A stretch of DNA of 48,875 nucleotides, counting the filler, from Sphacelaria rigidula (taxonomy: Eukaryota): assembly GCA_964200075.2 (NCBI GenBank). It is 3 parts of 3 records of this genome, joined end to end, with 100 filler letters (N's around TTAATTAATTAA, not from the genome) between each part and the next. Parts side by side here need not be neighbours in the genome. Positions count along the whole stretch, not along the records: positions 1 to 16,227 come from CAXNAA020001435.1; 2 more parts are not named here. The stretch is one strand, 5' to 3'. Below are positions 1 through 11,500 of this stretch, in pieces (positions within the stretch are counted from its first letter, which is position 1; every line of letters starts with the position of its first letter). The notes under the pieces were generated by a model. It did not search any database and was not told the DNA's origin. It saw nothing but the letters and a program-made list of their open reading frames with translations. The position numbers were made by a program, and so were the translations under genes.

Positions 1-231
1 CTGGTGAGGAGCAAGTGAGCTTAGGAAAGCTGTCTAGGGAATGTGGTATCTTGAGCGACCTACAATAGTGAGTGAGGGTGTCAGTGCCAGTGTACCGCTC
101 GGTCTTGTACACTGCGGCCATACCAAAACAGCCATAATATCATATCGAATATCGATATTCGATAGGTTTACGTATCGTGTCATTTTCGGAATATCGACAA
201 AAATATCGATATCGGCCGTTGCGGTTCGATA

Positions 232-236
<5 letters not shown>

Positions 237-264
<28 letters not shown>
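237..264. repeat. (AT)14 microsatellite
   Basis: Read directly from the sequence. Confidence 0.95.
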
Positions 265-268
<4 letters not shown>

Positions 269-427
269 AACTTCATTCTCGGTCCGATATGCAACACTGC
301 GTAAGGACCCATCGAACATGTGTGCAAAATTTCAGGGTCTAACTCCTTGAAACGGCGTAAAGTTTTTCCGATGAGTGTTTTTTGGGTCTTTTCCGTGAAC
401 CATCCTGTATTTTGTTTTTCGCACTTT

Positions 428-728
428 GTTTGAACCCCTCACCTCCCGCGGGACAAGTTCGTGGTCTCACGAGATCAACACACCCCTCCCCGGTACACGC
501 CTTGCGTTTTGGTCTCGCAGATTGGGTCAGCACTCCCGCACCGCGTCAACTCACGTCATACAACTCAATCAACTACTTTGTTCACTCACGTTATCACGCG
601 AATAATCACGGTGGAAATCAGATATTGTACAGGACTACGAAGAGAAAACCCAACGCATCGGGGATCGAACCCTCGTTCTCTCCACCCTAATGGCGGCAGT
701 CGGGCCATTTACACCACCGGAGCGCGGC
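428..728 (-). mobile_element. tRNA-derived SINE, copy 1
   Basis: Minus-strand head GCCGCGCTCCGG-TGGTGTAAATGG (A box)...GGTTCGATCC (B box); ~290-bp body homologous to 36198-36487. Confidence 0.7.
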
Positions 729-1323
729 GGGAAGCGATTGTCTAACACATATTTTGCGCATGCATGCAAATGGACCTACGCTAGTAGCGTTTTCGACACA
801 CGACACGGTGCTACAATCCCGCCCCATAACATACTGCAGCACAATACTGTACGGTGATTGGTGGCCTGCTGTTGCTTGCGTACCCGTGGTACTGGTGCCT
901 TTCAAGCTACGCGGCAGCACCGTCGTTCGAAGTGTTGAGTGCGTGCTATGCTGCCTCATGGTTTCCCTATATACCGCCTATAATTACCATGAAACATATA
1001 GGTGCTATTTCGACACATCGATTCTCAATCTCCACACTCGGCAACGGACATCGGCGCTCGAGTGAAGCCCCAGCGTTCGGATATTGCCATGTTCGGATAC
1101 GCGCTGTAGAATATACTCAGCATCTACCACTTTCCGCATTCAAAGTATTTGTGTAACTTTGAATAACAACACAGATACCATATTCCAATGTGTCAACACA
1201 AACTATCATGTTCCAATATGTCAACTGCAACCCTGTGCATGCATGCATGTCAACACCACATCGCACCGGCAGGTGCCGCCCCGCTGCGGTGAGCTTGCTC
1301 CCTCGCTCTCTCGCATCATTCCA

Positions 1324-2534
1324 ATGCGCCTCTACATATATCTGTTGAGTCACGTAACCGCTGCTGTTGCCTACAGCACCCAGCATGTCTCGCATCATCA
1401 TCGAGCACGAAGCGCGCAATCGCTGCACACGACCAGCGCCGTGTCTGGGCACAAGGCCAGCGGGGACTACGCTGAGCCGAGCAAGATTACTGTTCTGAAT
1501 GGCGGAGCAATAGCACGCGACGGCCACCTTCCTGTAGAGGATGAGGAGGGTGACGCCCAGGCCTCCAGGGACCTAGTAAATGCGGGGTTCAACAGACCGT
1601 CGGTACTGTCGGGCGTGAGGAAGGATGGTAGCAGCGGTAGCAGCGGTGCTGAGCCCTTTCCTCCGAAGGAGGAGGAGGAAGGCACTCAAATTCCCGGAGA
1701 CCTAGTGACTGCGGGGTTCGAGATGCCGTCTCTATCGTCGGGCGTAGATAGCGATGGCACACCCAGCAGCAGAAGCAGCAACAGTGCCGGCATCGACGGC
1801 GCCAAGAGCAGAACTAGTATGACCAAGTCGATTCCAGCGGACGAAGCGGTACCGGCAGCTCCAGGGACCGACGACAACGAGGAAAACATGATCATCAAGA
1901 CAGTTTCTGCGCCACTTTTGGCGCAGGGCACGGCCATTGTCGCGGAGACGCTAGTGAACACAGAAGCCGCGTACGCGGTGCTCTCGCCGCTTCACAAGTG
2001 GACGCTTTCACAGCGGCGGGTCGCCAAAGCGGTAGAAGAGCAAGAACGGGCGAGGGCAGCCATTAACGCAAAGCGAGCGGCCGCAGAGGCGCCCGCGAAA
2101 TTCCTGTCACAAATCTTGCCACCTCTAGCAGCCCCGCAGGCTCTGACTGATGCATACGCCGCCCTCGAGGCAGCCGTGGAGGCGCCTGGGAAACTGTTGG
2201 CGAGTGTCCGACAGACAGGACAACAAGTCGCGGAGGTGCCCGCACGGGTTAAGAAGCTCGCGGATGATATTGTTGAGACGCCTGCCAGGGTCAAGGGGGT
2301 TGCGGAGAATCTTGTGGAGACGACCAACAATGTGGTGAAGGGAGTAGCGGCGATCCCCGAGACAGTAGCAGAGCTCGGACGGCAGACGGAGCGCGCGATG
2401 GCGGCGGGCGCGGAAACGTACGAGTCATTGCAGGAGGTGGCTCGGGCGCTGCCTGGGGAGTCGCGCAGATTGGCAGACAGCGCCGCGGCTGAATTGAATA
2501 AGGCGTCGGAGGCGCTAGAGGAGCTTCCGAACAC
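1324..2534 (+). CDS. Gene 1 exon 1 (signal peptide-like start MRLYIYLLSHVTAAVAY, 43-aa tandem repeat, amphipathic helical repeats)
   Basis: Within ORF 1084..2538; ATG at 1324; donor AC|GTAAGA at 2535. Confidence 0.8.
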
Positions 2535-5500
2535 GTAAGAGTTAAGGTGGCAATGAGAAAAAATGCGGCAAGTTTCGTCATGTGTAGCTTCGGTGAGTGC
2601 ATGCACACAGGTGTTGCCCTCTCACTTCGTGTTTGCATGCACTCACGCGTTACGTCCTTGAAACTTTCGATCTCCACACGTACTTTTCAAGTTCTTCTGA
2701 TCCCTAGTCAGCTAGGGTTGAGACCTCGCTCGTAAAGTTTCTGCGAAACGGGTCATACAGTGGTAGACTTTGACTGGCATGTCTTTGCTTGATCCTTATG
2801 AGGAACGAGTATTGGTGTTGTATGCTGCAAGCATGTACAAACACCACGACCAAGAGGTATTATCCCTGATACCACCCGCCCACAGGTGTAGCCGTGCACG
2901 GCGTGATGGTCTGAAAACACCGCTCCTACTTTATCTGTTCAGCTTCCTGTAAATCGTAATGTCTGTTCCTGGGTGACGAATGTATTAGAGGTAAACGTAC
3001 CAATTAAGGTACGCTTAAGGCACCTGACCGGGAAAACTCTGGTTCGTGGACACCACGACACGTAGAACAATGCCCAGAGTATTCGGAGAGAGGTAATTTA
3101 ATATTTTATCCCCTAAGCTTCTCAAAATTGAAGAATAATCAAACCAAGTCGTAGGAGGAGATGTGGAGTATGGCTCTATTGACGTAAAAAATGGGGCAAA
3201 AAGACCCCCTGTTTCAATTACGGTACACTTTACGCAGCAGTTGATTTCTCGCGACCGTAGACGTCTCAGACCTTCTCTGGTACAAAATTTTATTAGATTA
3301 GTGCGGTCCGTTTTCAACAAAAAGGAAGGAAGAAAATTTTAATCCGGGGATGAAAATCACATGTCCCCTATTTTTCAGAACAAATTTCGCCATTAAGCCG
3401 GTATTTGGCGATGCCGTACTCGACGAAAACTAATGTTTTCTTTATATTTTCTTTTTCAACCCATCGAAAAACGTTTTGATAGTAATCTCCCAAAATTTCG
3501 GGTTCATCGGTTGTGATTAAGGTACTCTATCACGCACGTTGAGTGGTGCCCCCTAATCATTCATTTTTCACCAAGAATCGTTAATGACTACGAAAATGGG
3601 ACGCCTGGGACGTTTCAGACCTCCTCTTTTGGTACAAATGTGTGTGACACTAGTGCAGTCCATTTTGCAAAAAAAAAAATCCAGGGATGAAAATGGCCTA
3701 TCCCCTGGTTTTCGAGACAAATTTCGCCATTAATTCTGTGTTTGGCAACGCCGTACTCGACGGAAACGTTTTTTTCTTTTACTGCTTCATTAACCCATCG
3801 AGATACGTTTTGACAGTAATCTCCCAAAATCTGGTGTTCATGCCTTACGATTAAGGTACTATGATGCACGCTGAGTGATGCCCCCTTATCACCAGAAATC
3901 GACAATGCTGCGAAAATGGAACACCTAGAGCTAGGACGTTCCAGATATTTTCCTCAGGCACAAACCTCTACGCATCGCAATGCATCACCATGCATCACTT
4001 TCTGGCACCAAAGAGGGAAAAGAGGCAATTCGGGGATTAAATTGGCCTATCCCCGGATTTTCGGAACAAAGTTGAGTATTCTTCTCCGTGCTTGGCAATG
4101 CCGAACTCGACGAACACGTTCGCAGAGCTTTAAGCTTTCTGTTTGTTCAGAGCTACCCAACCAAGTGGGATTAGTTTCGACATAATTGTCGCAAAAATTT
4201 GGTGTTCGACGGGTGGGACCGAGTTGCAATGAAACACGTTTGCTGCCCCCTCGCTCCCCCCTCCACCCCCTCCCCCCCCCACAAAATTCTCGCCAAAATC
4301 GACAATGACTACGAGAACGGCAGACGTGGCTCGTAGACAGCAGCGAGCACGAAACAGAGCAAGCCAAGCAGCGAAAACTTCGCCTAATCTTTCTCGGCGA
4401 TAACCTTCCACGCCCTGATCCCTTGCGGAGTAACACCTACGGCGAAGATATCCACGAATGGCGGGTGTAAGGGGCGGGGGGTGGGGAGGGGGGGGGGGGG
4501 GGGCCGGGAGAGAGAAAAAACAGTTTTTGGTAGGTTGGAGGGAAGATTGTTGTTTNNNNNNNNNNCGTTTTTGTGAGATTGATGGTAGAATGCTCATTGA
4601 GAGCGGCTTTGATTATTCACTTTAACTAAGCCAACTTTTCATTCCGTGTCTGCTTTTCTTTGTCTCTATCACTAGCGTGTGCTCACAGCTACACGTCGAT
4701 ATCCTACTCAGGGATATCAAGGGCCTCAGTGGCGAGCTACTATATAAAGCATATCGGGCCTCACGGAGGTGCATTTCGGAACTGAAACTATTCAGTCGCT
4801 AATTGACTGCTTTTCAGTCTCGATCGTATCCTCTACTCTCAATCTCACGAATACATTGTTAGTAGTACGTCAAGTATCGGGTGGTACGCACAGTACCGGC
4901 ACAATCTCTAAACGCGGTACTTGCAACACCTCTACAGACAGTATAGGCAGGACCTCTATGAAGAGTAAGTGCAATCAACAGAACACGCCGAGACAGCAAT
5001 GAGCAGGTAAACGCCAAGTGCTTCGTCGGCGAAGAATGCGGCGAAAATAGTACCGAATCAAACGTAGCATGACTGAGAGCAGACAAACACCACGCCACAG
5101 CAACAGCCCCTGGCTCTAGCTCCCAACACATGCGTTGTATCACATAAACGGAACGGCTCTTGACCGACAGTAACGCACCTGTCTCATCTGTGTTCCATCT
5201 GTGGTCGGTTAATCGCTTTTGCTTGTGCACGTAGTCCTCACAGGCCGCATAAAACTCCGGCATGCGATCTTCTTCGTCGGCCGCACCACCCTGTCGGCCT
5301 TGTAGATGCGGTTGCTGCGCTCACCTGGCCGCGGGTGCCTCCGAAGGAACAAGCCGAGCCATTTTCGACCTAAGCCTACTGTCGGGTCTTATGGCACCGG
5401 TTGGATGTCGCTCCAGAGTGCCGTAGCCGCCTGTTTCAGGCCATCTCTATTCAGGCCCGTTGACGAGCTGCGACAAATTTTCAGCATATTTTCGAAGGAA

Positions 5501-8500
5501 TTTTCTTCCCACCTCGACAGTACAGTACCCGGACCAACCCTGCCAGCTATGCCCACGCTACCGCTGACACGCTTCTGCAGCGAACCAACGAAGCTTTCAA
5601 ACGTCTTTGCAGTAGCATGGAAGGTCATGCGACCGCTGCGTACCGCTTCTACGGTCTCTGTTGCACGTTCTGGGTCCACCTTTACTCTCTTCATGCTTAG
5701 CAACCGATCGACCAAAAAGTCGATTTTGAAAAAAGACACACACGCCCTTATTTACAGTGCTGTGGGATGGTGCCTTGTTATGCAAAAGGCAGGTGCAGTA
5801 GCTCAAAAGAAGCGTCGTGCTCTTGTACACACGCAGAAAAAAACAGGATGGAAAACAACCAATATTTCGCGGAGTTATGGACTATTAAAAAAATAGGGTA
5901 CCTTAATTGGTACTGTACCGAAATTGGTACATTTACTCTAGTGTAGTACAGCCTGCGCCTTTTCCCACTCGTCAACCCCCTGTACTTTCCTCACCCGCTC
6001 CTGCCGAACGACAGCTTGCCGGATCTGCTTGAAAAGGCAGGCGATGACGCGTTCGAAATCAGCGAGGACATGGCTGCAGGAACGGTGACGGGGCTGCAAT
6101 CGTTGGTGAGAGCTTTGGCACAGATAGGAGGCTACCTAGCGGACGGGGTCGTGCGGCAAGCGCTGCTTCCGATCCACACCCAGCGATTGTCGGCGCAGCG
6201 AGTTGACAAAGCAGTGAAAGCAGAGCGTGCGGCACTCATGACGGCGTTTCCTGCTAGCGGAGGTGATTGAAACAAAGAAACAGCTAACGCGTTCCTCGAG
6301 CTTTCGTGAGTTTTCCGACGTGACTCAGGATGCCGCGTGTCTCTCGGTTCCGGCACCTCCTAACCGACTTCTTGTCCTGATGGAAATATGTTACACGCGG
6401 ATTGATCACCACCGTAAAAGCAGTATGAGGGCCTCTGCAAAAAACTGCCGTGAGTTGCATGAAGTGACTCCCGTGCATTCATAGCTCGTTGGGTGAAGTG
6501 ATCGCTTTCTACACCCTTTGTACAGGGTGCGGCGTCATCTACACACGACTCCTAAATTTCGCCGCCTCACCATTTGGTTTTCCACCAAATTTGCTCAATT
6601 TTTCTCGCTTTCGGTCGACTCATACCAATTTCTCTTCCGTGGACATTCTTGCCTCGAGACCAGTAGCATAATCTCGATACGCGCACCAATTCGGATGTAG
6701 AGCACCGACGGTTTACGCTTGGCAGCTTGACCACGCGGATTTAGCGCGCGCGCACTTGTGTCCCCAAATGTGGGTTCGAGCAAGAATTTCATCTGTTTCA
6801 TTTTTCACTCATGTACCACCCCGTGCGTGAAGTATACTTCATGTCAGCAATATGAAGCTAGCCAACAAGGTCGGTGGTGGGAAACTGCCATGTGTTCATG
6901 TTTCGACTCGACGACCGGCCTGACAAGAAGAGGACACGGTTTAACGTCCTCGATTTGCGATACATGCTGTTTACTCTCCCCTGTTGTACAAGAGGCACAG
7001 TCCAGAATTTTCTTGCGAGACCTGCACCGTGCCAAAATTGTACCTCTTTCTCCTCGAATCTGATGTGATTCCACTTGCCCTCTGTCGTGTGTATTTTTCG
7101 ATATCGTGTCAAGTAGTCGAATCAGGACATGCGATACCAGTGGCGGAGGGTACTATAGAGCTAATCGACCCGAAGGAAGAAATATTGAAGGAGAGAGCCG
7201 CCGACGGAAGCGTTGAGAAACGCGCTGGCTTCCGGCAGGGTCTGCGAAATAAGTTATCTACATGGCGACGTAACAGAAAGTCGTCGACTGCTGCGCTGGT
7301 AGACGAGGCGGGTTCTTCTAGTCATCGGAACCGTATTGGCGAGGAACGTGGTAGCCGAAGCAGTCTTGGTACGGGAGTTGGTGAAGTCTTCGCGAGAGTG
7401 CCTGAAACGGTTGAGATATCAAAAGCGCAAGCGGCGCCCCCACAGTTCGCCCCGCGAGGAGCAAGACTTGACGATTCTGACGATATCTCGACGGAGTTGA
7501 AAACTGCGGCAACCGAAGGAGGAACCACGAAACGTTCAGAATTGGGGACGGATAGCAATGAGACAGAAAGAAGCGCGAGTTTGTCGCTGGAGAGCGCTGG
7601 AAGGAAGCAGCGGGCGAGCGAAACATTGACTTTAGTCGGCTCCGCTGAAGAACAACGAATCGAGCCCGTAGCCGATTCCATCGTTTCACGCAGCGTTGAC
7701 ACCTTGGCCGCATCGGCGGCGAAAAAGGGCGCCGGTGTGTCTGGTGCACCTTCACTCTTCGCCACGCGGACAGCGGAGGAGGATGACGTTGGTACGGTCA
7801 GTAGGGACAGCGTCACCTCCGGGAGTGCTGCCTACGTCGACACTGTCGGCCCCGGCGAGGGCAAAACGGAGGTGGCGGGATCAGCAAAGGTCGGACCGGC
7901 GGGGGGCGATGCCGTTGAGTCTGCCGATGCGCAAGAATGGCTGCGAGGGAAGGGATCGTATGTAGATGATGCTGGGGCTGTCGTTCCCCAAGATAATGCT
8001 GAGCCGGTCGACGGCGAGGCGTTGCATGGATCTCTGCCGCTTCAAAACGGTCCCACTGCTGAAACTCCCGAACCCGGCAGCACCAACGGAACGCTCACAG
8101 CATCGAATGTGCCAGTAGGATCAGCACCAGTAGAGCAGTCATTGCCGGGAAAGGCTGTTGGGACATATTTTGCCGACAGAGAAAATGTACCCCGAACACC
8201 GAACGTTGGCGCTGAGGATGGATCGTCGACGGCCGATAAGCCGTCGGCTTCTGTTGGTGAAGCTGTCTCCGCGCAGGAGGCGATAGCTGATGCAAGTTCC
8301 ATCGTCTCAGCCCCCGTTAGACAAGTGCAGACGACAGCAGCGACAGGGGCGGCGGGAGCAGCAGGTTCGACCCCCATCTCTGACGCTCAACGCCTTTCAG
8401 CTCCGTCTGTATCACAACCGACAGTTACGACTGCTACCCGCACCAGTAGTAGCGAGGCTACCTCGAATCCCACACAGAGCGCTGGCGCCTCCACCAACAC

Positions 8501-11500
8501 AATCGGCAATGAATCCAGCGCTGCCGACGCCATGGCTGCTGCAACTGAGAGATCACCAAGCAATTCCACCGCCGTTGCCATGTCATCGACGTCTTCTGCA
8601 CCCAGCGGGGAGTTAGAACAGTCTCCAGTAGCCACCACGCTCGCTGATAAAAGTGCTGCCGCCACGACAACTTCGACAGAGTCGGCGGCGGTAGCGGCGG
8701 CAGCGGCGGACGAGGAAGAGGGGGAGAGCGAGAGTTGGGGTGGAGCAGCGGCGGAGTTTTTGAAGAACTGGGTGAAGTCCGTGGTGCCCGAAAAGAAGGC
8801 ACAGCTAAAGGATAAGCAGAGTGCGATTTGCTGGGAGCGCCAGTGGTGAGTGTGTGCTCGGGGTGTTATATACTGTTGTCATATGTGGAGGTTACGTGCG
8901 TTGCTGAGGGGGGCGGAGGCGGTGAGTTTGGTCCGGGGTAATCTCAGGCATCGAGCGAGACTCACGGCAGCATGCCACGGTAGAATCGCCGTGTGGGGTG
9001 TATCTACCACATGGAGCTTGACAACATAGTACGGCTGCGCCGCCGATCGAGACGTGGTGACTGCACGAGATATGGCGTACTCTAGTGTCCCGAAACAAAC
9101 CACTCTGCGGTATGAACAAGGCGACTTCATGCACACACTGTATCAGATTTCTGGACCACATATGCCGTTACATTATCGTAACCGTCCTCTTCACGCCTGT
9201 AGCTTTCTACTTGCTCTGTTTCTGTTCAAACGTTTTTTCTCATGACGTGACAGGTACCCTATAGCGCTGGTGGACGACTTGCCGCGGAGGTGGCCCGGCG
9301 GCGGGACAACTCCTGTTCGGTTCCAGGTTTGTCCGCATCACGTGCCGCCCATCTGGTCATTCTACTCGTTTTGAGCGCCGGCAGATCAGTACTTGGAGAG
9401 TGAATGTACGGACGTCACACGATCTTCCCATATACCAGTATTTTGAGGAGTGAAAGTACTGATGCCACACGATGGCTGATCTTTACTCTGCGTCGCTCCA
9501 TATTGCCCCGGCAGTGACGCCACCTCTCCCTCTCCCTCTCTCTCTCCCTCTCTCTCTCCTTTCTCTCGAAAACTTCGCAGTTTGCTATGCATATATTCGT
9601 GTTCGATGGATCGCCGAATGTATGTTTTGTCCTCGCCCCTCTCCCTCTTCGACACGAGTCCATATTTCCAAGAAACCAATCGAAAAGTATGTAGTCACCC
9701 GGTCCTGTTCTTGCCCTTTGCTTCATCATTAGTCGAGCATTGGGTCAGCATCGCGGAGATGGAATCAAGTAAAAAACGTCAACACGACGCACAACACGCG
9801 TTTGCGCGCTCGGCGATTCATAATCACGAACGGATGCTTCATGATTTCTCTGGCGTTTAGGTATTGGGACGAGTATGCGAGCTATTGCGGCGACGAGGTG
9901 CTACTTCTAGCATTACTAGCCCTAAAACAGTGGCGGCAATCGCTGGCGGCCAAGCGGGCCCCAAACAGAGATGGACTTGCAGGGAGGTAGCGATCGACAA
10001 CGAAGGACGCGTGGATGGTGAAGCGCTCGACATGGCGGTTGAGATTCCTATACGAGAGGCTTCGGGCTTGCTGTGGGCTTGGATGGACACGTCACCGGAA
10101 GGTACTGGATGATGCAAATACGACTGCGGCTCTCTGCTGTGGCCTTGGTATAGTTCAGGTGCCCCCTCCTGACTTTTCATGTCACTAAAATGTTCACGTT
10201 TGGAAGCGGTTGCTGTGTGCGTGAAAACGCACAGGCAACATGGGGGAAAACGAAGCAATGGACGATTGTGCGAAGGCCTGAGGTGGGATGCGGGAAAAGC
10301 TCCGTGTCCATGTGTTCATTCGTTTTGTTGGTCGGTTGGTCGGTTTGTTTCCTGTTCCATTTGTACAAGATATGGCATGCAGGTGCGTGCAGTTGGGGAT
10401 GGATAGGGTGGATATTGCGTGCTGTCGCGCAAAAAAGGGAGGCAAGACGACGGTGATTGCAAAATAAAAAGCGCAGAAACACGTTCGCACCCACCACAAT
10501 ATCGATGAAAACCAATCGGCAATAGGACTCCGTTTGTTGCAACCCCACTTACTTTCGGTCGAACTCCTTCGAGGACAAGTCTTGTTCGAGCTCGCGTTCT
10601 TCTGTGCAACAAGCAAAAATTTACGAGTACCTGTCGTCGCGTACAAACGTCTGCAATGGACGACTATATTACTGCCTGCGTCTTCCTCCCCCCCGTCCCC
10701 GCCCGTCCCCGCCCATCCCCCCTTGTACATCGCGCCTCCTTGGGCGTCGTCACCACCGCGCCCGCCCGACGGTTGCCGCCCCGAACACTCGTGCACATCA
10801 TGCCTCCCTGCACGCACACGTGATAATCTGCACAGGTCTAGCGGAGGCGGCGCTGTCCCACCCTCCGTATCTCGACGACTCCTCTGACGGAGCGTCGCCG
10901 GCCACCACCAGCGCCACCGACACCTCCGCGGCAGCAGTCAGCAGCACGATCATGCAGAACGATGGTGGTGGGGCAGCGTCGGCAGAGGCAGCGTCAGCAG
11001 TCTCCTGGCGCCGGCTCCGGCGAAGCTGGCGGGGAGGCCCGACGCGGGGACCATGGGCAAGAGAAACTTGGACAAGGCCGGCCGGTGGTCTGCGGCGGAG
11101 CGCGGAAGGTGGTCGAGTTCGGCAGGTCCGGGTCGATTTGATCGAGCGCGAAATTTCGTGCAGCTACGTGGACGCGGTTCGAGGACTGACGGCGCCTTCG
11201 CACGCGGAGGCGGTGCGGGCGGCAGCGAGTGGAAATGTGGGGCTGACGGTAGCAGCGGGGGACATGAGCGCGGGGGCAGCGGCCGTGGTGACTTTGGTGA
11301 TGACAACGGCTGATGACACGGGATTTGAAGGTGAGCAGTGTACACCTGATGTGACCCGTGGAAATGGAAGAATGAAGACCGTTGGTCACACAGCGCTTCT
11401 TTTCTGTTTCTCTCTCTCTCAGGAGACCGCCACTGCTTCTGGTGAGAAGTGGACATGTATGCGTCTATTTGCTTGTTGAATATCTTGAGTTTCGGTACGA

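Larger units (their letters stand above)
2997..5915 (-). mobile_element. Defective pogo/Fot1-like (Tc1-mariner superfamily) DNA transposon in intron 1 of gene 1
   Basis: Perfect 16-bp inverted repeat GTACCAATTAAGGTAC (2997-3012) / GTACCTTAATTGGTAC (5898-5913). The right end reads TA|CAGTACC on the minus strand. Encloses a transposase remnant. Confidence 0.7.

Noticed and set aside
655-728. Functional tRNA gene
   Set aside because: A and B boxes are present but no convincing acceptor stem or cloverleaf, and it is attached to a repeated 3' body, so a SINE head fits better.
1084-1323. N-terminal 80 aa of the 484-aa ORF
   Set aside because: It starts at TTG and looks like UTR; the ATG at 1324 gives a signal-peptide-like start.
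5306-5896. 196-aa + strand ORF as a gene
   Set aside because: It is the antisense shadow of the minus-strand pogo transposase remnant.
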